From assembly GCA_020184695.1 (NCBI GenBank), contig JAANOX010000205.1, forward strand, positions 310,001 to 374,000: a stretch of 64,000 nt of DNA, read 5' to 3'. The notes under the pieces were generated by a model. It was not told where the DNA came from. It ran no database searches and worked only from the letters and a program-made list of their open reading frames with translations. The DNA is from Histomonas meleagridis 2922-C6/04-290x (Eukaryota; Protista; Parabasalia). A program made the position numbers and the translations under genes. Positions 21,810 to 32,211 of this stretch are shown in pieces. Position 1 is the first letter of the stretch; the number at the start of each line of letters is the position of its first letter.

Positions 21810-23642
21810 ATGGATTTTGTTGTACAAGACGTCGCAAACCTTGGTTTTGTCGAAAATCAAACCCCAGACGTTAATTTGTTCAAAAATTGCAGGGTTATTG
21901 ATCTAATTTCAACGGATTATTCTTCAATTGATATTATTGATTTTCCAAATTTAAAAAGGCTTCGAGTCCAAAGCTGCAATGCGCTCACACACTTCCATGT
22001 TAAAAATTGTCCTCTTCTTGAAGTCATAGATTGTTCATTCTGTCGATCGTTAGATACAGACAATTTTAAACTTGAAAACTTGCCTAACTTATTATGCCTT
22101 AATATATCTTACACTGGCATTCAATTCATCACAACTTCATTATCATCTCTTAAGTGTTTACTTTCAAAGAATACAAATCTTGTCATTGATCCAGCACTTT
22201 TGCCTAATCTCGAAAACCTTGAGCTTGGTAGTTTTTATTCAGATGAGTTTTCATATATTTATACACTTCAGTCACTTAATCGTCTTCAACTCTATTTCAA
22301 CAGACTCACAGAAATTGATCTTTCACGTCTTGCCTCACTACCAAACCTAGAATATTTATATCTTAAGAATGCCTCAGTAACGAGTAATGATTTTCCAAGA
22401 TCAACAAATCTTAAACTTCTTTTTCTTCGCAGTTGCAAAGTCAGCAAAGACTTTTCAGTCCCAGTACCACATGTTTATGCAGATAAAAACATCATTGGCC
22501 TCCCAACCATACCAACAGATTTTCCAAAATGGGCAGATTCATATCGATTACTATACGGTCCATGGGGCATTCCACCATGTGACCGTACGTCACCAACGCC
22601 ACTAGTTCCATCTACACGGAGGATACCAGATATGAATGTCGAACAAGCATTAGACTCAATATTAGGGGCTGTTTTAGGCTCAGCACTTGGCGATGCCCTT
22701 GGCGTTAAATCCGAGTTTAACAAGCGCTCAGTATTAATGTTTGAACTCAATACTCCATTAGATATTATATGGTCACATTTATTATACGTTAGAAACTCTC
22801 CATATTTCATGTTCGGTAGTTCCACGGATGATACTGATCAATCAGTCTTCATTATGAGATCATTATTGAGTGGTAAACCCGACATCAAAAAATTTGCTTC
22901 GTTGATGAAAGAGTGGTCCCAATCAGGAATTGTTGAGCATCGTCAGGGTTATTGCTACGACATCGGCACAACAACTTCTGCTGCTGTGAACCACCCCAAC
23001 TTTTTGAAAGACCCGTTAACGGCCTCAAAAAGTGCCTACAAAAGTTACAAAGGAAGTGGTAATGGTTCCGCAATGCGTACAGCGCCTGTTGGATGTTTTG
23101 ACTTTTGGAATGAAAAAGAAGTGAAGAACAATGCAAAGTTGTTTGGATCAGCAACACATTATCATGAAGATTGTAATTGTGCTGCTGTACTCATATCATT
23201 ATTAGTTTCAAGGTTTATACAACAAAGAGCTGGATTAATTGATGGTTTTGATATAGAAGAGACAGTGAAAGAATCAATTTCATTTACAAAATGTAAAGAT
23301 CATCAATTATTACACCAAAATGACTTGGATAAACTAAAGTTAAATGGAAGCGAAAGTGGTTGGGCTATAACTGCTGCTTCTGCTGCTTTAGTGTGCTTAA
23401 GAAATAATTGGTCTTATGAAGAAGCTTTAACTAAATTAATTTCATACGGAGGCGACGCTGATACAAACGCTGCTATTGCAGGAGCAGTGTTGGGCGCCAA
23501 GTATGGGTTTAAGGCAATTCCAAAAAGATTAATGAAATATCTGTTTAACGGAAGTTGGATATATAAGGAATTGGAAAAGATGATAGCGGTAATGGGAATA
23601 GAACCACCACCATCACCTTTCAATGAGCTTTCATATGAATAA
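21810..23642 (+). CDS. LRR / ADP-ribosylglycohydrolase (ARH/DraG family) fusion protein
   Basis: N-terminal LRRs (FPNLKRLRVQSC, LPNLLCLNISYT, LPNLENLEL, LPNLEYLYLKN). C-terminal GSALGDALG, STDDTDQ, GNGSAMR and GGDADTNAAIAGAVLGAKYG. ATG chosen after the Inr; the ORF track starts at a TTG. Confidence 0.9.
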   Translation: MDFVVQDVANLGFVENQTPDVNLFKNCRVIDLISTDYSSIDIIDFPNLKRLRVQSCNALTHFHVKNCPLLEVIDCSFCRSLDTDNFKLENLPNLLCLNISYTGIQFITTSLSSLKCLLSKNTNLVIDPALLPNLENLELGSFYSDEFSYIYTLQSLNRLQLYFNRLTEIDLSRLASLPNLEYLYLKNASVTSNDFPRSTNLKLLFLRSCKVSKDFSVPVPHVYADKNIIGLPTIPTDFPKWADSYRLLYGPWGIPPCDRTSPTPLVPSTRRIPDMNVEQALDSILGAVLGSALGDALGVKSEFNKRSVLMFELNTPLDIIWSHLLYVRNSPYFMFGSSTDDTDQSVFIMRSLLSGKPDIKKFASLMKEWSQSGIVEHRQGYCYDIGTTTSAAVNHPNFLKDPLTASKSAYKSYKGSGNGSAMRTAPVGCFDFWNEKEVKNNAKLFGSATHYHEDCNCAAVLISLLVSRFIQQRAGLIDGFDIEETVKESISFTKCKDHQLLHQNDLDKLKLNGSESGWAITAASAALVCLRNNWSYEEALTKLISYGGDADTNAAIAGAVLGAKYGFKAIPKRLMKYLFNGSWIYKELEKMIAVMGIEPPPSPFNELSYE

Positions 23643-23706
23643 AACAAGTTATATCTTTAACGATTCGCTGTCACTTTTATGTAAACATATACAAGTTATT
23701 TGACAC

Positions 23707-23793
23707 TTTTATCTCTTAGATCCGTTCCTCTCTATTCATTTTAAGTTTCATTTTTTTATAATTGAATTGTTTTTAATCGTTTTGTATTCAATA
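23707..23793 (+). repeat. Dispersed repeat family 1, partial copy inverted relative to 24263-24343
   Basis: TCTCTTAGATCCGTTCCTCTCTATTCATTTTAAG...GTATTCAAT is the near reverse complement of 24263-24343 and near-identical to about 51990-52068. Confidence 0.85.
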
Positions 23794-24229
23794 TTTTTTA
23801 TGTGTTTTTTGTTTGTTATACCATTTTCTGATTATATTTCCAATTTTTTTGATGGTTTTCGTGAAAATAATCACAACAATCTAACATAATAATGTTATGA
23901 GAAAAAATGAAATTCATCTTGAGTTTAATAAATACAATGTAATTATTTTTTTTTAAATTATAATCAAACATGGAAATCTTCATACATGTAATAGAATAGC
24001 TCTATATGGTAATTATTCACAAGATGTAATGTGACGAGATCTTTCTTATTCTGTGTATGATTATTTTCCGTTCTGAGATATTCTTTGGAAAAAGTACTGA
24101 ATAATTTCTTTCTTTCTTTTTTTTTATGATCCAATGCATACAATATTACATCATTTTAATTGGTATTTTCAAAAATATTTATTATATATAATATCATATA
24201 TTTACGTGTTTATACGCAATGGGTGATAT

Positions 24230-24420
24230 TTTGATTAAACTTATGATTCATATTTCCGAAAGTATTGAATGCAAAACGAGGAAAAACAATTATAAAAAAT
24301 AATACTTAAAATGAATAGAGAGGAATGGATCTAAGAGACAAAATGAAATAAATCACATCAAAATATTGTAGAAAATATTTAAAATAAAGTGATTGAGAGA
24401 TATCGGAGAAATTTCAAAAT
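24230..24420 (-). repeat. Dispersed repeat family 1, longer copy
   Basis: The reverse complement aligns by eye over about 190 bp with 51905-52095. Confidence 0.8.
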
Positions 24421-24619
24421 AAAATTACTTGTTAACAAGTGCTAAAAATTAAAGTTATGAAAAATTGATTAAAGTATTAACGATCTATCTTCATCAAATA
24501 AATGCTTATGAATCAAAGTGTTTCCTTCGAGAAATGTATAAACGAGAAATGATACCTTCCAATCTTTTAATTTATGTGCATAATATCAAAATAAAAGCAA
24601 TCAAGAAAATAAATTTCAC

Positions 24620-25740
24620 ATATTAGAAATTCTTCAAAGTGATGATTTAAAAGAATTACAAAAAATTTCATCACAAAATAATTTTAATTTTAATCAAATA
24701 ATTGATATGTCGTATTATAAAAGATATTCTTTTCTGTTTCGTCAAAAGGAAAATGTTTCTTTAATTGATTTTTGTGCGTTTTTTGGCTCAATTCAATGCT
24801 TTTAATTTTAAATTTTTAATGGTTAATGGATCAAATGTTCAAAACACTTTAAAATATGCAATTGCAAGTGGAAATATAGAAACCATCATTTATGTGAACA
24901 TAATAATTCATCATTTGATGAAGAGTTAACAACAGCAATTGAATTTCATCGAAATGATATTTTTTATTATTTTTATGAAAAGAAACTTGGAAAAATTGGA
25001 GAAAGAAGAAAAATTATAAACAAAGATATCCAAACTGAATTAGGAATTCAATGTTTGAAGTTCATTAATTATGAAATTTTATCCTTTTTGGAAAAAGAAG
25101 GTCTATTAATAACTAATAATTCTCTCCAAACTGCGTCAATTAGCTTAAACAATCTTCCTTTAATTAGAATTTTTTTGATGGAAGTTTTCTGAAAAAAGAA
25201 CTTTTTCTTGAACTTCTTAAAAAGGGAAATCCAATAGTTGTAAAATGGATCTTTATACAAAAGAAAATTGAAATTGATACTGAAGATGTTTAATTTAACT
25301 AATCATATGTTTTAAATTTTTAATCAAAATTTCATTTAATTTTAAAGAGTTGCTTTTTTCTGGGAATCCAAACATAATTACTTTCAAGTGATCAAATTTC
25401 TTATAAAACAAGGTTTTAATTTTAATGTGAAAGATATTTGCTTGTTTTGATTGATATTTATTTTAATAATATTATTTTTCAAAATAATATTTGGAAATTA
25501 TTTAAATAATTTTGTACAGCACTTATTTGGGCATCTTCAAATGGTCATACAGAAATAGTTCAATTACTTCTTGAAAAAGATGGAATTGATATTAATGCTA
25601 AAGATATTTATTTGTTTTATTTGAATTTTTTTTTAATAATTTTCTATATCAAAATAATATTTGGAAATTATTCAAATTATTTAGAACAGCACTTATTTGT
25701 GCATCTTTAATTTACAGCATTGACACAGTTAACTTAATAA
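24620..25740 (+). pseudogene. Degraded DUF3447-type ankyrin gene (locus A)
   Basis: Fragments DDLKELQKISSQNNFNFNQ, VSLIDFCAFFGSIQCF and TAIEFHRNDIF match the paralogs at 29.5-30.5 kb and 60.1-61.3 kb but are interrupted by stops and frameshifts. Ankyrin cassettes follow at 25516-25740. Confidence 0.8.
25433..25710 (+). repeat. Ankyrin cassette / 68-nt insert array, locus A (2 inserts)
   Basis: Asp-codon-to-Thr-codon spans 25433-25515 and 25603-25685 are each 83 nt. The cassette TALIWASSNGHTEIVQLLLEKDGIDINAKD lies between them. Confidence 0.9.
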
Positions 25741-26135
25741 AATATTAACGAAATCAATATATTTAAAAAAAAAAAATTATTCTAATGAACTTATTTTCCT
25801 CAAAAATTGGTTTACATTTACATAGATACATTTTTTGGTTAATTTTCTTTAAGTAGATTTTGATCAACCTTCAATTTTTTCCATCTAAACCAATTTAAAA
25901 TTGAATGGTTTCTTTATCTCAGATACCCCAGACTTCGTGGCCACAGCAACCCGAAAATAACTTCCCTGCCAAAATGCAACAGCCTTAGATATGCAAAAAA
26001 ATGGTTTCGAAGCACAACATCATGTGCAAATTTCTGAAAGTTTTTTTTTATAAAAAATAAACTTATCAATTCTTCGTTTTTTCAATAGTGGGCATCAATA
26101 AGTTTGAAAAAAAAATTACCAATTTAGCTTTAGGG

Positions 26136-26720
26136 ATGAATGCAGATGACAACGTAACATCACTAAAAATTGTCTTTATAGGTGATGCAAGTGTTGGAAA
26201 AACATCACTTATTAATAGGTATTTTGAAGCATCTTTTTCAGAAAAATTTGGTCCTACTATTAGTGTAGGCTTTTATACTCAAGAATTTCAATTAGATGGT
26301 CATAATTTTAAAATCTTCGTATATGACACTGCAGGTCAAGAAATATACAAAAGTATTACAAAATTATATTATCGTAATGCAGCAGCAGCCATTGGTGTTT
26401 TTGACCTTGGCAATGAAGATACTTTTTTGGATGTTCGTTATTGGATTCTAGAGTTTCATAACATTGTTCCAGATGCTTTAATTTATATTGCTGGGAACAA
26501 AATGGATAAAGCATATACTAATGAAACACATGGTATAGTTAAGAAAGCTTTAAAATTTGCTGAAAAGAAAAAAATAAAATTATTTTTAACTTCAGCAAAA
26601 ACAGGTGAATGTGTAGCAGAAATGTTCGAAACGGCAATAAATGAAATTTGTATGAAACACATTGATTCAACCAATCAAGCTCTTATTCTTAATTCTGAAA
26701 CACGATCAAAATGTTGCTAA
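26136..26720 (+). CDS. Rab-family small GTPase
   Basis: GDASVGKTS, YDTAGQE, LYYRNA, GNKMD, TSAKTG and C-terminal SKCC prenylation motif. Confidence 0.93.
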   Translation: MNADDNVTSLKIVFIGDASVGKTSLINRYFEASFSEKFGPTISVGFYTQEFQLDGHNFKIFVYDTAGQEIYKSITKLYYRNAAAAIGVFDLGNEDTFLDVRYWILEFHNIVPDALIYIAGNKMDKAYTNETHGIVKKALKFAEKKKIKLFLTSAKTGECVAEMFETAINEICMKHIDSTNQALILNSETRSKCC

Positions 26721-26848
26721 TTAAAATGAAACAAAACATGAAAATTTTTTAATCACTTTTAATTCAAATCCTAACTAAATTTGTGAACTTTTGATTCATT
26801 TTTTTTCTGACAGCTGTTATTGATATGAGCATCATTTTAAAATGGAAT

Positions 26849-26970
26849 AAGTATCCCCTAAGTACAACAGTACTTAATGTTGTTTTTAAGAATTTAAAGA
26901 TGAAGCAAAACGAAGACAATGATAATTTTTTCATGAAAGATATTTTTTTTAATAAATTAATTCTATAATA
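26849..26970 (+). repeat. Dispersed repeat family 2
   Basis: AAGTATCCCCTAAGTACAACAGTACTTAATGTTGTTTTTAAGAATTTAAA...GACAATGATAATT matches the reverse complement of about 56125-56259. Confidence 0.8.
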
Positions 26971-27039
26971 ATAATATCATAATATAACATGATGTATTCA
27001 ATAAAATTTAAAATATAAAATATTTTTAATGACATATCT

Positions 27040-27660
27040 ATACAGTTTGTACCTGATGATCAAAAACCGTTGATTTCAATATGCATATTCAAATAAAGAA
27101 TGATTTTGTTCACATAAATGAATGATTTCTTCATTTCCGCCTGCAGCTGCATATTTGCCTGTATTATATATTCGAGATCCATTTATAAGTAAATATTTAA
27201 AACATTTTACTGATGAAAAAAATGCTGCATAATCAATTAGTGTAACTTTTTTTGATTGATGAATGACCACCTTTCATAAAGTGATGGTTTAATTTTCTGG
27301 TTAAAATCAAATTCATATGTGTTGATTGAAGAGATACGTTTGATAAAAATTGATATTTATTTAACGATTTTTTAATGAATTTCTTCTTCTTTTGTTTTAA
27401 GTATTTTTAAATAATTTAAGTATGTTTTTGTGATGAAAATGCATTATAAACTATGTTACTTATAATGATATTAAATGTATTGGGAAAATGTGGAATCCTT
27501 CGAAGGATTCCATTGCTTTTTTAGCGGATACCTGGATGTTTTCTTCAGTTAAATTGAATATAGTTTTCTCAAGATCAATTAGGAATTTCAAGCAGGCTGA
27601 TAGATTATTCAAATTTTTACCTCCTGCGCTCATTGTAGTACTGACATCATTAAGCATTTA
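27040..27660 (-). pseudogene. DUF3447-type ankyrin gene fragment
   Basis: VTLIDYAAFFSSVKCFKYLLINGSRIYNTGKYAAAGGNEEIIHLCEQNHS is nearly identical to the paralogs. The fragment is frameshifted and internally deleted, with no ankyrin array. Confidence 0.8.
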
Positions 27661-28007
27661 CTTTGGCGAAATCCCAATCATCATATAATTATGAAAATTT
27701 TTTCATTTTGATTTGCAAATCATTTATAATTTATAACGATCATTATAAAGGTCTTTTTAAAAGTAAAATGTTATCAGTGTTTATTCATACTATACTGATT
27801 TGAAAAGTTTATATATAAATTTCCTTTATTATATTGAACAAAATGAAAATCTAATTGCTTATGAATATGAACAATTTTTACTTTGTGTGTTTGCGTTATT
27901 TTCAAATTCTTTTAGTAATTTCTTGATTTTTTTGGAACCATTATCAGAAGCAATCATTAATGATGTTTTAAATAATATGATTAAATTCCAAATGATTATT
28001 TGAGTCA

Positions 28008-30547
28008 TCATATTATTAAAGTAATTATTAAATAAAAAATTTCAATATTTTTAATATTAATATTAATTCCTTCTTGTTCAAGAAATAATTTAACTATTTT
28101 TATATAACCATATTTAACTGCATACATGAGTGCAGTTTCAAATGTTTCAAATAATTTCCTAATAACATTTTAAAATATTATATTTTAAAAATAAATTTTA
28201 AGCAAATCAATAAAATATCAATCGCATTAACATCAATTCCTTCTTGTTTAAGAAGTAATTTAATTATTTCTCTTTGCCCATATAAAGATGCTTTCATAAG
28301 AGCAGTTTCAAATGTTTTAATTAATTTCCAAATATTATTTTGAATTAAAAAATTAATCAAAAAAATAATATACAGACCTAAATATTTATTTTTAAGATTA
28401 ATGTCAACTCCATTTTGTTTAAGAAGAAATTTAACTAATTCTATGTCATTTTTAACTGCCAACATAAGAAGTGTTTCAAAATATTAAAAAAAATTCCAAA
28501 TATTTTTTCGATATTTTGAATTAACGAAATAAATTTTAATTTATATATAGAAAAATCTTGTGAAAAAAAATCAATACTTTTTTCCCCAAGAAGTAATTTG
28601 AATATTTCAGTTTTATCTTTTATATATGCATCAATAAGAGCAGTTCTAAATATTTTAAAGAGTTTCCCAATATTGTGTTGAGATCTCATATTAAACAATT
28701 AAATAGAATATGATATAAAAAAACATCTCTAGCATTTACATCAATTCCTTCTTGTTTAAAAAGTAATTTAACTATTTCTACATGATTGTTTTTTAATGCA
28801 CACAGAAGTGCTGTATTAAACTATATATATAAAATCCAAAAATTATTTTGAAGTATGAAATTATTAAAATTCACTGAAAATAAAATTAATAAAGACCTTG
28901 AGCATTAATATCAATTCCTTCTTGTTCAAGAAGTAATTTAACTATTTCTGTATGACCATTTGAAGATGCTAAAATAAGTGCTGTATTAGATTATTTAAAT
29001 AATTTCTAAATATTATTTTGAAATAAAAAATTATTAAAATAAATATCAAATAAAACAAATAAATATCTTTATCATTAATATCAATTCTTTCTTGTTCAAG
29101 AAGTAATTTAACTATTTCTGTATAACCTTTATCAGATGCTATAATAAGTGCTGTTTTAAATAATTGAAATAATTTCCAAATATTATTTTGAAATAAAAAA
29201 TTATTAAAATAAAGATAAAATAAAACATATAAATATTTTTAGCATTAACATCAATTCCTTTTTGTTCAAGAAGTAATTTAACTATTTCTATATGACCTTC
29301 ATCAGATGCATACATAAGTGCTGTTTTAAATAAATTAAATTATTTCCAAATATTATTTATAAAAATAAAATTTAAATAAGAAAAAAATATATCTTCATAA
29401 TTAACATCAATTCCTCTTTTTTCAAGAAGTAATTTAACTATTTCTATATAACCTTTCCAAGATGCTTTCATAAGTGCTGTTTCAAATAATTTAAATAATT
29501 TCCAAATATTATTTTAAAATATCAAATTATTAATATAAATATCTGCTATTTCATTAATATGAATTTCTTTTTTGGTAATTAAAAAGTTGAATAGTTCTAT
29601 ATTAAAAAAATTATATTTTATGAATAGAAAAATGGATAAAACAGGACGTTTAACAATTTTATTTTCATAAAGATAATAAAAAATATCATTTCGATGAAAT
29701 TGAATTGCTGCTTCAAATGCACCTTCAAACGATGAATGATTCTGTTCACATAAATGAATGATTTCAAGATTTCCACCTGTAACTGCATATTCACCTGTAT
29801 TTTCTACACTTGCACCATTCATAAGTAAATATTTAAAACATTTAACTGCTGAAAAAAATGCTGCATAATCAATTAATGTAACATAATAATCATTAACAAA
29901 TGAACACCTTTCATAAAGTGATGGTTCGATTGATTGATTAAAATCAAAATTATTTTGTGATGATATTTCTTGAAGTTTTTCTATATCATCATTTCTAATT
30001 ATTTTTGCAATTTCATTTGGATTATGTCCTTCTTTAATATATTTCTTATGGAGTTCCCAATCATTCTTTGATAGTTTTTCATAATTTTTATTGAAACTTT
30101 GATAGAATCGATACATGTTTATGTCTTCATGTTTGGTTGTATAATGAGCAAAATATTCTGTCTTTTTCTTAAACGTGATGATGATATTAGATTTAGTTCA
30201 ATCATTTGTTCAAGAAGATAATTTGATTCTTGAGATTCTATTCCAAGAAGAAAATTAGTAAATGTTTCAATTATTTTTTGATTACTATTAACCTTTTTAT
30301 TTTTGAAAATTTCTTTTATAAAAGAAACATAAACACCAAAATCATCAAAATGTAAAATAAAAGATGAATATATCAATCTACTGATCCATAAGTTAAAGTA
30401 ATTTGAAATATTTTCATTATAAAGATTCATTACTGATTCAATAGATTTCAAGATATTAGTTTTATTCAAATCAAAAATAATTTTTTCAAGTAATTGGAGT
30501 GTTTTAGTAAATTGGTTATGAGGATTGGTTGGTTGATTTTTTTTCAT
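28008..30547 (-). CDS. DUF3447-type N-terminal region plus 9 ankyrin cassettes interrupted by inserts (locus B); one 1-nt frameshift near 30165
   Basis: N-terminal ORFs 30119-30547 and 29514-30116 join across a single frameshift. Nine stop-free cassettes (TALMKASWKG, TALMYASDEG, TALIIASDKG and others) follow, separated by non-coding inserts. Expression as one protein is unproven. Confidence 0.6.
28062..29543 (-). repeat. Ankyrin cassette / insert array, locus B (9 inserts)
   Basis: Asp-to-Thr spans in transcription order are 63, 69, 83, 83, 83, 83, 83, 84 and 83 nt, giving a period of about 170 bp. Confidence 0.9.
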
Positions 30548-31590
30548 TTTTTACTTTTCGTAGTTCTTGATTTTTGGTCCAAACGATAGATCTATCGGTT
30601 GTCAAATCTGAATGTTGTCATGGTTTTCTAAAACAGCACTTCGAATCCTTATCATCTTTGGGGGACTGCAAACAAAATAAAAGATTAAAAAAAATTAAAA
30701 AAATTGATTAAAAGAGTCAAAACTTTCAAAAGATAAGATGAAATGTCTTGCAGAAAAACAATTTCATTAAGTTCACAGTTTATTATGATAACTTCAAAAC
30801 GACCAAAAAAATTATTAAGACATGCTCATTTTATAGATGCAGTTCTCAGATTATGTATCTCTATTTTAATCTAAAATTTGTTTTATTTAAGGAACCACTA
30901 ATTTCTTTTTACAAGTAAGCATTCAAATCCAAATGCTGCTTTTGTGATTGCATTGCGTACTAATCGACTTTTGCAATGCTTTTTTGTATTATCAGAGAAG
31001 AATTCTTTAAAAGAGATTTTTGGATACCCAGTTCACAAATTGCAAAAGCAACAGCATCTCATTGGAAGTAAGACCACCATTAAAAAAAACCCTGTACACC
31101 ATGAGAAGGAAAAATTAGTGATAAATTTTATGTTAAAAATTTATTCAGAATTCCTCACTGTGGCCAAATCCATGAATACCACAGATTCCTTATTTTTCAT
31201 GTTTTCATCAATGAGGGATGATTTTATTATATTGTATTGGTACATTTTTCAACTAATTATTAAATCGATGATATGAATAGGAACATTAATTTGAATTGTG
31301 CTCACACAGATGTGCATTGAAAGGAAAATAAATTTCAAAAGCTTCAGAGGAAAATAAATTTCCTTTCGTTGCTTTGAAGGTTAACCTTCAAAAGTATTCA
31401 AAAGTGATCCAACCGCCTGAACGAAGACGTTACTTGTTTGAATGGTTTATTTCAGCCCTATCGGCTATTTCGGCGGTTTTGAGCTCCCATAGAATTCTTC
31501 TACAAAAATGACTTTTGTTTCGAAATTTACGATCATAATTGAAAACATGTTTTGAATTCTCACAAATATTTGTGATGATTCATCACAAAC

Positions 31591-32211
31591 ATGTTTACTC
31601 TCCTTTTTGTTTGTGCTCTCCAATCCATCGAAGTTGAGCCAGTCGAAATCCCAGAAGGCCTTTCGAACGCTGATGCATGCTCAATCTGCAAGACAGTCGT
31701 CGGTGGAATCGCCGGTTTCATTGGCGCCTCCCCAGTTCAATCCATTATCAAGCAATTAGCTCTTGGTCTCTGCAACAAATTCTCTGGTTCGGGCAACACA
31801 CTCTGCAAGAACATTGTTAACAAGCTCCCAACAATCTTATCCTATCTTTCCAAGGGTCTCTCAAAGGCCAACGTTTGCAGCAGAATCAACGTTTGCAAGT
31901 CCAACGATGAAGAAATGCAATATGAAATTCCTGAAGGAATCGCAAACAGGGCATCTGACTCATGCGGAATATGCAAAGAAGCACTCGCTGAGTACGAGTC
32001 TCTCATGAAGTTCACACTTGAAACAGCATATGTATTGGACCTTGGCCTTTTGAAAGATGTGTACACACAAATATGTAATCAGTACAATGACCTTAAATCT
32101 CAATTGGCATGCAAAACAATATTCCAAACATATATTTTCTCAATCAATGCAAATATCAAAAAAGGAAGGAACGTCGTTTTTCAATGCATTTTTGATTACA
32201 AAATTTGCTAA
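31591..32211 (+). CDS. Secreted saposin-like protein (SAPLIP) with two SapB domains
   Basis: Signal peptide MFTLLFVCALQS and two domains each with the 6-Cys saposin pattern (ACSIC..LC..LC..VC..VC; SCGIC..IC..AC..QC..IC). Confidence 0.85.
   Translation: MFTLLFVCALQSIEVEPVEIPEGLSNADACSICKTVVGGIAGFIGASPVQSIIKQLALGLCNKFSGSGNTLCKNIVNKLPTILSYLSKGLSKANVCSRINVCKSNDEEMQYEIPEGIANRASDSCGICKEALAEYESLMKFTLETAYVLDLGLLKDVYTQICNQYNDLKSQLACKTIFQTYIFSINANIKKGRNVVFQCIFDYKIC

Noticed and set aside
28062-29543. CRISPR-like repeat-spacer array
   Set aside because: The variable units are ankyrin coding cassettes homologous to each other, the context is eukaryotic and there are no cas genes.
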